DNA from: Negaprion brevirostris
Taxonomy: Eukaryota
Direction: 5' to 3'
Length of the DNA stretch: 64,000 nucleotides
Assembly: GCA_030324005.1 (NCBI GenBank)
Contig: JARDVH010000084.1
Span: 52,615,366 to 52,679,365 of the forward strand
Below the pieces are notes generated by a model, which saw only the letters and a list, made by a program, of their open reading frames with translations, was not told where the DNA came from and did not search any database. The position numbers were made by a program, and so were the translations under genes. Shown here piece after piece: positions 52,801 to 61,909 of the stretch. How positions within the stretch are numbered: position 1 is the first letter of the stretch; each line of letters begins with the position of its first letter.

Positions 52801-55800
52801 GAGGAAAATCACGTTTTCATCCAGTTTATATCCCCACCTTTCAAGAAGTGAAAATCTGCTCATCTCCAAGCCCAACAATATCAATACCAATTGCAGCACA
52901 CTATCATCACTCAGTTACTTCATTGCCAATCAGAGATCAAACTTTTTGTGTAACCCAATGCCACAGCATCCCACGCACTGATCCACCGGGGAGTATCATT
53001 TCCTTTTGTTTATTCCAACATTTATGCAGTTCATGAGGAAGACTAAATTACAAATAGGCACAAATATATTTCTAAATTCACAGTTCCAACTAAAGACATC
53101 TGTAAAACTTTTATTTCAGACTTCATCTTTTTTACAATATAATTTGGCTCAATCTGAATTCAAAATTGCAACAAGTGAAAATGTTCTGACCTGCTGTGTA
53201 TTTGTTTTTAATTTCCAATTTCCAGCATTCGCAGTATTTTTCTTGCGGGAAATGGTATTTTTATTAGGATGCGTTGTGCAGAAAATATTTCTCAAACCAT
53301 CTTCATGAACATACTGAATTACTGAGACATTCACACTACAACTGTACTTATCATTATGCATGTCCCTTACTGCTTGGGCTTCTTGTTCATCTCTCTTCTC
53401 ATAATATTCCTTCAGATTGGCTCCACGCTCCCAATAACCGCCGAATCCTCCTGCCCCACTTCCTCCAAAGCCAGAATCTACAACGGCAAAATCATTTTAA
53501 GCAATACTTATTCAGGAACATTATTAACCTTTTCTACAATACACTCAGACGAAGCTTTAAAGCACTCTGATATGACTTTCGAGTTGTTGGTGCCTGTGCA
53601 TACATCCCGCATACAATAATATTAATTCAAACCAGTATTATTTAAGACTCATGGCAAACTTGTTTTCACTAGGCTTACAAGCAATGGACATGGCACCACA
53701 ACGCATGTTCTCTTCAATCAAGTTGTGATGCTTGGAGATTTAAACTTACCACATCTAGATCAACCTTAATAGAACCATAAAATGAAAGAGCATAAGGAGA
53801 TATTAAGCCCACTGTGCCTATTTTGGCTCTTTGATAGAGCTATTTAATTAATCCTGCTCCTCCCCCAATTATATTTTTTCCCTTTTTTAAGTATTTATCC
53901 AATTCTCTATTAAATCTACTTCTCCACAACACTTTCAGGCAGTGTGTTATCCATCACAACAACTGGGTTTAAAAATGTTTCTTCATGTTTCCTCTGGTTC
54001 TTTTACCAATCACCTTAAATTGTGATTGCCAGAATCAACTCTTCTGCCACCAGAAACAGTTTTCCCTTATTTACTCTGCCCTCGTGTCATCTCACATTCC
54101 AGACCTGACAGGAATGTGTTCAGCCTTGCCTGCCTCAGATCCAACGCAAAGACATGACAAGTCCTCAACACAGTTTCTTGACACAACGATACCACACTAA
54201 CATTCCATATAGAGGAATACCTGCACATGGCAGACACACCCGCATCTGTAAAGAGTTGGGTTTGCCAATCAGCAGCAGGTGGGCAAATATCATGGTCCAA
54301 GGTACATCCATACTGCCAACAAACATCTCAAGGGCAATTAGAGATGGGCAACAAAGTGCTGGTGTTGCCCTTTCCTGTGAAAGAGTATTCAAAAAGAATC
54401 AGCACTGACAATATGACGCTGGAGGATTTAATAGTTTCACGTAGCTTGGCTCCACAATCAGCAATCTGTTGCTTGATGCAGAATCAAAAGCTACAGCTGT
54501 TATGTCCAAGCTAAGCAAGAGCATGGAACAGCAGCAGCCTGACGAAGAAAACCAAACTGTAGGTCTATCGTGCCTGTGCCCTCATCTATAGTGGTGAGAC
54601 CTGGACAACATATAGTAGACAAGAGAAACTGCTGAACAGTTTCCAACTTTGCTGTCTCTGACATATCCTCAGCATCTCTTAACATGGCATGGTCATCAAG
54701 TCAGAAGTTCTGGAGGGTGCTACTTCTCCCAGCATACACTCACATTTAAGCCCATTATATCTGTGCTTGCTCAGCCATGTTCATCAGATGGATGACAACT
54801 ACATACCCAAAAACGTTCTATACAGAGAAGTAGCCACTGGGTCACAACCGACTGGATATCAACATCTCTGCTACAAAAATATTTGAAAATGAGATATGAA
54901 AATATGGAGACTGCATACACTAAAACAGACAAATTGGAGAGAATTGCCGACAGCTACTACCTCTAGAGGCTGACTGTCTGGAAGAACATTGGAAGATTTG
55001 ATTCGATTTGTCATATGTATTGGCATACAATGAGAAGTTTTGTTTCTTGCGCACTATAAACAAAGAATACCATTCATAGAGCAGATAGAGGAGAAGAAAA
55101 GGGGGTGCAGAACGAAGTGTTAAGAATCATAGTTAGGGTGTAGAGAAAGCTCAACTTAATGTAATATGCAGCAGGGAGGATGTTGTTCCTGAGTCAGTTG
55201 GTTCATGACCTCATGCTTTTGTATCTTTTTCCCAACAGCAATATGAAATAGAAATCTCAACTGGCTAAGAAGAGAGCCTAGAGAAAAGAGCTCAGCAAAG
55301 CTTGCACTTTCTCAGCCCATTGTGTTCATCTGCAGAAAATGCAGCAGATGCCAGAATGGGGCAGATAATTCATCAAGGTGTAAATCATTGCCACACGATA
55401 CAGAAGACTGCCAAGAGACTATCAAAACAATCCATGATTTTGAACACAGTGCACCAGAGATGGAAGGAGCAAACGCTTTAAGACAACGCATAGGGTGCTG
55501 ATTGTGCAGGCTTGTTTGCTCTGAATGTTATTGAGCCTTTTGAATTTTATCGGAGCTGCACTCATCTAGGCAAGTGAAAGTAGTCCTTCGCACTTATGCT
55601 TTTTGCCTTGAAAATGTTGAATTTTTTTGGGGAGTCCAGGTAGGAGTAACTCCGATAAAATACCCAACCTCTAATCTGCTCTTTTAGTATTTACGTGGTT
55701 GGTCCAGTTAACGTTCTGGTCAATAGCGACCTCCAGGATTATATGCTGGAGCATTTCAATTATGGCAATGGAATTCAATGTCAAGTGGAGATAATCACTA

Positions 55801-58800
55801 TCTGGCACTTGCTGGGGTCTCACTTTGGAGCCTCTACAAAACTTGGCTGCATAATCTAGGCTGACTAGTTACTGTACTGAAAACCTGTTGCCTTAGGCTT
55901 GGGATATAAAACAGGTGTCTTCTCGGCCTACTTAAGTGAATGTAAATGATCTTAAGGCACTAGTTTAATAAAAGCAGAGTTGTCCCAATATGCTTTAGCC
56001 AAAACCACAAAAATGAGTTGGTAATTTAGCTCATTGTTTTGAGACCTTGCTGCATGCTAACTGACTGCCCATGATTGTACTTCAGAAGTTCATTTTCTAA
56101 GAACACTTCAGAGTCCAAAACGATGTGAATGTTGCTCTGCAAAAGCAAGTCTCTTACGTGCATGATTTGTGAACTTCATCTCATTGGGTTTAGAGGAACA
56201 AAATCATGCCTGATCACAGATTTTTGTTTTAAAGGAATATTTTTCAAGTGGACAATTTAAATTTAAATATCCAAAAGCTATTGTTAGAAACCTTTGGGGG
56301 ATTGAAACTCACAGTAAAACTTGGGTGTTCATTAAAAAAATTGGGGGTAGTGATGTTAAAGTGGAGGAAAGGAAAAGTATGGAATAAAACACTTCAGAAT
56401 TTATTGAAGGGCCATCTTATCACTTCCAATATTCATTAAATGAGATGCATTTAACATCCTAATATGCACTGGTCAACCAAGTTTATTTTAGAGTTGAGAA
56501 GGAAGTTAAGTTGGAAACAGCAAAAGAATAAAGTTTACAAGTTGAAAAAAATCAGTGGCAGGCAAAAAAAATACAAGCTAGTTCACATTGTGCTACATAC
56601 ACAAGGGAAAGAATTTGTCTGTCACAATAAGTATGGTGCAGATGCGCTTAAAAGTGATATGGAAAAGGATCCTATGAAGACGGTGTATACGGCAATTAAC
56701 ATGTCAAATCAATTTGTTTTGACTCCTCCGTCATTTGCTGCATCGTTTCTTAATTAAACATAGAAGTGTTATCTTTTGGAGAGGGTAAAATATCTGAATA
56801 ATTCTCAAGAAAGATACTTAGTGTATCTATGAACTTATTCAAACATTTTTTAATTCTTTGTTGCAACTTTCACAATGTTTTCCATACGATCCAACAATAA
56901 CTACTGTACAAGTTCTTTCCAGAGTCTCAAGCATACAAAAAGAATGAAAGGAGCTTGGCCAGTTATTCTACACAGTTCAAGTGTAATGAGTTTGTTCTTG
57001 CAAGAAAAAAAGGTGGCACTATATTAGTGCTTCATAGTATATGACAAGTTCTGAACTGTGAGGGAAGTAATTGCAACATAGTTAGCATGAAGTATGAAAA
57101 GAAAAGCCCAAGCGGATGAATCAAAACAGACATTGCTGCATGAACATTATTCGGTGAAAATGTTAATTGATACTTCAAAAAATAAAATACTTGACTGCAA
57201 CTCCACTTTGAATTAACTTTCACTTCCTACTAACAGCTCCCAAACATGAAGAAATTTATTCAGTGTATTATAATTGCTGGAAATAGCCCTACTTCAAAAA
57301 AATTTCAGAAAGGCTCACCGGTTTCCCTCTTCATAGCCAAGTGAGGAGCATTGGGAACACTGGATGGCAATTCTCCTGGTATGATACTTTGACCACTATC
57401 AACAGCATCAGGTTCAATTCCCTATCAAAATTAAAGGCAGCAACGCTGATTTAAATTTAAAATAACATCCATCAAGAACCCATTCATATATACGTGGATG
57501 GACAAGTGATCAAATAGATTAGTGTAGAGTGGTTCTAATTGAAACCATACAATTACCGCCATAATCAAGAACTTGATAAAACAAACCTACCTGAAGTTAA
57601 ACACATACATCTATATAAAGTTCAATTTTGCTGAAAAGAGAGATACGTTAGCAAGGCCTTTTGTCTTGTGCTCATCAGAACAAATGCAAGATTAACAAAT
57701 TTCAAATTATCATAACAACTTACACATCACAGGTGAAAAGATTGCCAATCTCAAGTCAATGCCTGTGCACGTTTCATCCAAGTGTCCCAGTTTCCTCCCA
57801 CAATCCAAAGGTGTGTGGGTTAGATTGATTGGCCATGCTAAATTGCCCCTTAGTGTCAGGGAACTAGTAAAGTAAATAGGTGGGGATTAAGGGGATAGGG
57901 CCTGGGCGGGATTGTTGTTGGTGCAGGCTCAAAAGCCAAATGGCCTCCTTCTGCACTGTAGAGATTCTGTGGAATCTGATTCACTCAATCTACATGTAGA
58001 CTGATGATTGCGATACCTTTCTCACATATCCCATTTACCTCTATCCTGTATACTCTGTCCTGTGCAACTACTGCTAGACAGCCTACAAACTGTGACCACA
58101 ATTATGTCAACCTAAACTGATTCCACATCTTTCCCTTTCAATTTAAGGTCATCCTCTCACTACTGTATGACTGACATCCTTAAGTAATACAGCTGCTCCA
58201 CATCTTGCCCCAGCACATCGTTTTGAAATGTCAAGTAACCGTCAATATTCAAGTCCCAGCCTTGGTCCCCCTGTAACAATGCATCTGTAATGGTCATCAG
58301 ATCTTACGTATTTATATCTACCTTTGTTAACAGTTCATTCATTTTGTTAATGCACCTATTCAGATATAAAGCCTTTAAGCCTGTCTTTTTATCATTTTTG
58401 TAATTTCTGGCCTGATCTGGTGCAATAAGTTTGTACTCTGTTCCTTCCTGTCACATTCTGGTTATCTTTATCCAAATCACAACCCTGTTCTGGTCCTTAT
58501 CATTATCCTTTGATTTCAACATCTTCTTGCATACCATCCTGTCTCCATTATTCAATTAAAAGGCCCATCTGCCACCCTCATTATTTGTTTCATTGCTCCT
58601 TTACTGCAGTGAATTCCCGACCCCCCCCCCCCCCAAAATTCACACTGTGATTAGCTGTACTCAGTGATGAGCTGGTGCCTTAGTGCTCGTTTGCTTACTT
58701 ACTTGTGTCTCTCTTTTCAGCTGTATTCAAGTTCTGTATGACAAAGCAACTTCTTATGTAAACTTTATAATTTTGTAATTAACTAGGCTAGAGGTACTTT

Positions 58801-61713
58801 CAAGGTTTTAGCCATACGTTTCACATAAAAATTCAAGCAACAGCAAACAGTTGTCTAACAAGGGGCATGCACACGGTGGGTCATGTGTGGGCTGCTCTTG
58901 GATGTTTCGAGAGTGGCCTAGTACTTCGCATCGTGATGTGTGCTTAAACCTGGACCAGCAGTTGGGCACCACAACAGCTCAGTGACTATCACTGCTAGCT
59001 GTGCAGATACATGGATTTGGGCCAGTNNNNNNNNNNNNNNNNNNNNNNNNNNNNNNNNNNNNNNNNNNNNNNNNNNNNNNNNNNNNNNNNNNNNNNNNNN
59101 NNNNNNNNNNNNNNNNNNNNNNNNNNGTAACAAATTGTCCCTAAATTATTCTCCCCTAAATCTGGTTTTCTATGGGGGTACCATGCGCATACATACAGGT
59201 CAAGGTAGGTGTAGGAAAATGCTTTGTTAGGATGGCGGCGCGGGCTCGTTGGGCCAAAGGGCCTGTTTCCCGTGCTGTGTTGTTCTTTGTTCAAACATGA
59301 AACTTCTACTCTGTAATTTGTAATACTGATCTAAAACCTGTATACAATCCACAAACTTTTACATTAGAGCTTTTTTTTATAAAGACATTCAAGGAGAAAA
59401 GGAAAAAGAACATAGTTAAAAGCATCCCAACTACAACAAGAATAATTAAAGCTTTTTTAAAAGGTGCCTGCATCCTTTTGTATTTTTAACAGAATTGGCT
59501 CGACAGCAAAGACCTGCTACAACGCAAAAAGTAGTAAAGGTCACAAATAAAATTTCTATTTTACTCGTTCCTGCGTTAACTATGTTTGAGGAAAAAAATG
59601 CGCATATACCAACCTTCAAATTGGGAACCTCATCTGCCTTCATCGCTCCAGTCCTAACAAGGTAATTGACAAAGTCTCTGGCAGCATTCGTCTGGGCATC
59701 CTTCTTGCTGGTAGAGTTTCCCATACCAGTGTAATTAAATCCATCTATCCGAACCTAAATAAAATTGGGTTGTGGATGAAGGCAGTTTCCATTTCCGCTT
59801 TCCAAATACCTTTTTGTTGACTGTCCATCTAAGCAGCTAGCTTATACAAAGACATGTAAAATATCAAAAGTTGGGCCTGTATTTTGATGCGGATACTTCA
59901 GATCACTTTTGAAAATAACGACCCTAATGTTGCCAACAACGTCACAGAAGAATGGGGCCCATTCTTTTATAATCAGTGACTTCACCTTGTGAAAAAAACT
60001 ACTTAACACAAAAGTGCTATGGAAAGGGAAGAAAATGATAACTTGTTTCAAAAAGGTGGTCAATATCATAAAATTACATTACAGGAGGGCACAGCTGCAA
60101 ATTAAAATGGAATATAAACCAAACATCAGGGGAAATGAAAGCTTTGCAAATATGTGTGGCTGTCTACTTGGCAGACAATGTATTAATTGTACTTGAGCTA
60201 ACATATTTTGTAGCTAAATTTGCTGTTACATGCATAAATTGTTCCATTCTATGCCTACGTTTTTACTGTAAGAAGTCTCACAACAGGTTAAAATCGAACA
60301 GGTTTAATGGTAGCACGAGCTTCCGGCGCACTGTTCCTAAGGAGCAGTGCTCTGGAAGCTCGTGCTACCAAATAAACCTGCTGGACTTTAACCTGATGTT
60401 GAGACTTCTTACTGTGCCCACTCCAGTCCAATGGCAGCACTGCTACATCATACCTCTTTACTGAACAGTAAACATTTTAAACTAATCTATTCTATTGTGC
60501 AGTTAACTGTATGCCTAATGTAGGAATGCTCTTCCCTTGAGCAAGTGAACTGCAGTCTGATTCACCAGAGATAGCAATCAGTAGGATAGGTACTTGCAAT
60601 AGTTTCTTAGGTTCCCATCCTAGCCATCATGACAATAACTACTTGATTGGTGATATTAAAAGACCAAGAATCCCATCAGATTCAAAACCACTGAAAATTT
60701 CAAACAAGCAAAGACCCAGCCTAAATTTAGCTCGAATTAAACAGACTCTTAAATATGGTCTCTCATAAAAGCACCAAAACTCCAGAGACTTAAATTGAAT
60801 CTAAATTTCCTGTTCAATTCCATTCCCAATCAAACATAAATCTTCAGAGCTAACTACCAGGTTTGAAGGGTAAATAAATGGAACATAATGAGCTTGCACC
60901 AGGACACACTCCCATGCAAAAATAGCAAAGAATAAACAGTGGCAAAAACATTTTTAAAATTGCAGCTATTGAAAATCTGAAATAGAAGCAAAAATACTTG
61001 AAAAGTTCAGCTCTGACATCTGTGGAAAGAGAAAAACAGAATAACCTGTGTTAAATTTATTTCTGTCTCCATTGGTGCTGCTTAATCTGAGAATTACAAG
61101 GATTTCTTTTTAAATGGCATGAATATTATTGTTAACATAGGGAGTACAAATGTTCATGAGGAAAAGCTGAAGGGGAAACCCTAATGGATGAACAGCAGTT
61201 AAAAAAAAAATTCATCCTCCACAGTTTTGCATCAGGTCATTAGGAAGACTCATGACATTTAATCAACTTGACTAATGTAAAATTGCCCTGCTTGGCTAAA
61301 ACACATTAAATTGAAATGTTAATCAGCCCCACGAGGGAAAAAGGGAAGTGATTTAGTGAAAAGAAATTTTTCCAGCACCTTACAAAGGGAATCAAATTAA
61401 ATCAAAATTCTATATGGAAAGAATTTCAATTACTGTAGGTCCAAAAATAATAACGATCAAAGCTAGGTCAGTCAAAGTATCAGACTCCACAGATTACTTA
61501 TTCCTTAATCAATACATTTCTGCAAACAACATGTCAGTTTTAATCTCACAGTCCTATTTTTCCATGGACACCAATTTAAACAGAAAACTCAAAGTATCAT
61601 ACCTCACAAACAAACTTTTGTCTATTCTTGTTACCAGCTGCACGGATGTCATAACTTGGAGTGACCTTGCGCTTTCCACACCAAGCGTACAGAAAATTCT
61701 TTATATCTGTCAT
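7387..61713 (-). CDS. DHX9: ATP-dependent RNA helicase A / DExH-box helicase 9, multi-exon gene span (start to stop)
   Basis: Spliced exons give two dsRBDs, MTAD ([14 protein letters not shown]), [22 protein letters not shown]2, OB-fold, [12 protein letters not shown] and a Gly-rich tail. All traced junctions are GT-AG with matching phases. Confidence 0.98.
8650..9120 (-). mobile_element. CR1-like LINE 3' fragment
   Basis: cagccattcattaagatcatggctgatctg tail plus gagttccaaagacactcaaccctttgag; similar to other CR1 tails in the window. Confidence 0.65.
10086..10400 (+). mobile_element. V-SINE (HE1-like), near full length
   Basis: ggcagcatggtagcacagtggttagcac head, V-domain, tail gggcctctttctgcactgt...ctatgattctat. 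Confidence 0.88.
10666..10701 (-). mobile_element. 5' head of an oppositely oriented V-SINE running into a gap
   Basis: Reverse complement gggcagcacggtagcacagtggttagcactgctgct. Confidence 0.75.
10730..11420. repeat. GC-rich interspersed repeat of uncertain class
   Basis: Abrupt GC-rich block in an AT-rich intron with no DHX9-like translation; class not determinable by eye. Confidence 0.35.
11871..11986 (-). CDS. DHX9: DHX9 exon 26 (OB-fold)
   Basis: [40 protein letters not shown]|gtaag; 116 nt. Confidence 0.95.
12468..12610 (+). mobile_element. CR1 3' tail
   Basis: aaggggatcaaaaggttatgggga...atcagccacgatc...ggcctaattatgctcct. Confidence 0.7.
12755..12984 (-). CDS. DHX9: DHX9 exon 25
   Basis: [19 protein letters not shown]...[11 protein letters not shown]|gtgag; 230 nt. 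Confidence 0.96.
13240..13700 (+). mobile_element. Degenerate CR1-like 3' fragment
   Basis: ttggagaggg...agattcaaagaaatgatacca...gagagattggagaag..., similar to the CR1 ORF2 C-terminal region. Confidence 0.55.
14082..14209 (-). CDS. DHX9: DHX9 exon 24
   Basis: [42 protein letters not shown]; 128 nt. Confidence 0.96.
14333..14494 (-). CDS. DHX9: DHX9 exon 23
   Basis: [53 protein letters not shown]; 162 nt. Confidence 0.96.
15400..15910 (-). mobile_element. CR1 LINE RT fragments
   Basis: [14 protein letters not shown]...[22 protein letters not shown] in ORF 15733..15915. Confidence 0.8.
17067..17178 (-). CDS. DHX9: DHX9 exon 22 (HA2)
   Basis: [36 protein letters not shown]; 112 nt. Confidence 0.96.
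17537..17697 (-). CDS. DHX9: DHX9 exon 21
   Basis: [53 protein letters not shown]; 161 nt. Confidence 0.96.
17910..18077 (-). CDS. DHX9: DHX9 exon 20 (motif VI)
   Basis: [50 protein letters not shown]; contains a 10-N gap with a duplicated ACCAA overlap (true length probably 153 nt). Confidence 0.95.
19830..20680 (-). mobile_element. RTE-clade LINE RT fragment
   Basis: [23 protein letters not shown]...[34 protein letters not shown]. Confidence 0.8.
21256..21329 (-). CDS. DHX9: DHX9 exon 19 (motif V)
   Basis: [24 protein letters not shown]; 74 nt. Confidence 0.96.
22017..22111 (-). CDS. DHX9: DHX9 exon 18
   Basis: [31 protein letters not shown]; 95 nt. Confidence 0.96.
22939..23765 (+). 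mobile_element. Probable solo LTR
   Basis: Starts TGTGA and ends TAATA (expected TAACA), flanked by 4-bp direct repeat TGAT at 22935-38 and 23766-69; internal AATAAA motifs near 23610-23630; related fragment at about 44630-45045. Confidence 0.5.
24460..24673 (-). CDS. DHX9: DHX9 exon 17 (motif IV)
   Basis: [16 protein letters not shown]...[26 protein letters not shown]; 214 nt. Confidence 0.96.
24765..25061 (-). mobile_element. V-SINE with alternative tail
   Basis: Reverse complement starts gggcaacaaggtggcacattaattagcactgctgcctcatggcaccaaggacccaggctcgattccc; V-domain; tail aagcctatttgtgacaccagtaaataataaa. Confidence 0.8.
25786..25889 (-). CDS. DHX9: DHX9 exon 16
   Basis: [34 protein letters not shown]; 104 nt. 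Confidence 0.96.
26080..26540 (+). mobile_element. CR1 LINE (ORF2 piece plus 3' tail, gap inside)
   Basis: [22 protein letters not shown]...[13 protein letters not shown], then tail cagccatgatcttattgaatggcggggcaggctcgaaggg...cttatgttcttatg. Confidence 0.8.
27105..27261 (-). CDS. DHX9: DHX9 exon 15 (motif III)
   Basis: [52 protein letters not shown]; 157 nt. Confidence 0.96.
28010..29095 (+). mobile_element. CR1 LINE 3' portion
   Basis: [13 protein letters not shown]...[19 protein letters not shown]; LGLFSLE..RLR.DLI; tail gggccaaagggcctgtctccatgc. Confidence 0.85.
29632..29714 (-). CDS. DHX9: DHX9 exon 14 (DEIH box)
   Basis: [27 protein letters not shown]; 83 nt. Confidence 0.97.
30165..33200 (+). 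mobile_element. Decayed Penelope-like retroelement (RT plus GIY-YIG) with inverted terminal copy
   Basis: Frameshifted motifs IKLADKG (31469-80), [23 protein letters not shown] (32175-86), DSHNYL..SSH, and a GIY-YIG-like CS.C..LYVAET near 32930-32970; segment 30165-30745 is an inverted copy of the 3' end. Confidence 0.82.
33300..34215 (+). mobile_element. CR1 LINE 3' portion
   Basis: [11 protein letters not shown]...[10 protein letters not shown]...RPQLEYVCS; tail gggccaaagggtctcttctgtgctg. Confidence 0.82.
34449..34590 (-). CDS. DHX9: DHX9 exon 13 (motif Ia)
   Basis: [47 protein letters not shown]; 142 nt. Confidence 0.97.
35301..35492 (-). CDS. DHX9: DHX9 exon 12 (Walker A)
   Basis: [18 protein letters not shown]...[21 protein letters not shown]...CNIVVTQ; 192 nt. 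Confidence 0.97.
35645..36000 (-). mobile_element. L2-like LINE 3' end fragment
   Basis: atagagcacctttagtgtggcaaaacatcacaaagcatttcacag...aggagatattagg; similar block at about 14625-15060. Confidence 0.5.
36602..36679 (-). CDS. DHX9: DHX9 exon 11
   Basis: [26 protein letters not shown]; 78 nt. Confidence 0.95.
37771..38589. repeat. Long imperfect inverted repeat (about 245-bp arms), possibly a non-autonomous DNA transposon
   Basis: 37771-38015 is the approximate reverse complement of 38344-38589. Confidence 0.8.
39319..39480 (-). CDS. DHX9: DHX9 exon 10 (minimal transactivation domain)
   Basis: [54 protein letters not shown]; 162 nt. Confidence 0.97.
40530..40619 (-). CDS. DHX9: DHX9 exon 9
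   Basis: [30 protein letters not shown]; 90 nt. Confidence 0.94.
41594..41730 (-). CDS. DHX9: DHX9 exon 8 (dsRBD2 end)
   Basis: [45 protein letters not shown]; 137 nt. Confidence 0.96.
42618..42838 (+). mobile_element. Palindromic Penelope-derived short element with TSD and hammerhead-like core
   Basis: Inverted arms spanning 42632-42793; flanking catacattaa repeats; CTGATGA...GAAA on the minus strand at 42689-42713. Confidence 0.7.
42840..43390 (+). mobile_element. Rex1/Babar-like LINE 3' end with inserted Penelope-type fragment
   Basis: aaactacaaagagttgtgaac...gcccagtccatcac...ttcaagaacagcttcttc...aataataaatc. The same tail occurs on the minus strand at about 54995-55240 and 63790-63995. 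Confidence 0.6.
44148..44332 (+). mobile_element. Palindromic Penelope-type terminal fragment (second family)
   Basis: acaaaaacaggaaatgatggaaaatctcagcaggtctgacagaatctgt is inverted against acagatgctgtcagtcctgctgagattttccagcgttttctgtttttgt; ctttaca on both flanks. Confidence 0.65.
46075..46121 (-). CDS. DHX9: DHX9 exon 7
   Basis: [15 protein letters not shown]; 47 nt; catttcag|...|gtaagt. Confidence 0.95.
49130..51200 (+). mobile_element. L1-clade LINE, 5'-truncated and decayed (antisense to DHX9)
   Basis: RPIS.LNVDLK, NVEKAF, GTRQGCP, YVDDMLL, C-terminal C..C...LHC.W knuckle, AATAAA and A-rich end. Confidence 0.8.
51720..51965 (-). mobile_element. DeuSINE-type SINE fragment
   Basis: ggatcttttacattcattggagggggtagacggactcagttc is the reverse of the Deu domain. 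Confidence 0.55.
52380..52528 (-). CDS. DHX9: DHX9 exon 6 (dsRBD2 start)
   Basis: [49 protein letters not shown]; 149 nt. Confidence 0.97.
53371..53477 (-). CDS. DHX9: DHX9 exon 5
   Basis: [35 protein letters not shown]; 107 nt. Confidence 0.94.
54490..54990 (+). mobile_element. RTE-clade LINE 3' fragment
   Basis: GETWTTY...EVLEGA..PSI...[22 protein letters not shown]. Confidence 0.75.
55890..56155 (+). mobile_element. DeuSINE-type fragment
   Basis: tgtaaatgatcttaaggcacta...gagaccttgctgcatgc...aaaagcaagtctc. Confidence 0.45.
57319..57421 (-). CDS. DHX9: DHX9 exon 4 (inter-dsRBD linker)
   Basis: [34 protein letters not shown]; 103 nt; phases fit exons 3 and 5; PHLA matches human PHLALK. 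Confidence 0.88.
57760..57970 (+). mobile_element. V-SINE 3' part
   Basis: tttcctcccacaatccaaagg...gattggccatgctaaattgccccttagtgtc...ggcctccttctgcactgta. Confidence 0.78.
59614..59754 (-). CDS. DHX9: DHX9 exon 3 (dsRBD1)
   Basis: [47 protein letters not shown]|gttggt; 141 nt. Confidence 0.95.
60256..60463 (+). mobile_element. Palindromic Penelope-derived short element
   Basis: About 70-bp inverted arms over 60268-60412 with almost no loop; same family as the 5267 and 42618 elements; imperfect flanking repeat tac.t.tttactg. Confidence 0.7.
61603..61713 (-). CDS. DHX9: DHX9 first coding exon (exon 2)
   Basis: [37 protein letters not shown]|gtatga; likely acceptor ctattttcacag at 61760-61; non-coding exon 1 not identified. 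Confidence 0.97.
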
Positions 61714-61909
61714 GATTCTGTTTCAGTCCCTGCCAGTATCAATGCAAATTATTTGCTCCCTGTGAAAATAGAACAGCATTAAATGAAAAGCCAAAATAGA
61801 AACATGGAAGGAATTTGCAAGGCATAGTTAATTAGAACATTTTGTTACAAGTCCACTTTTGAAAGTATTTTTTTTGTTTGCTTAATACATTACCCCATCT
61901 CTGCCATGA

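Noticed and set aside
61714-61762. Alternative AG acceptors in the 5' UTR part of exon 2
   Set aside because: There is no upstream ATG and no coding consequence; usage cannot be judged without transcripts.
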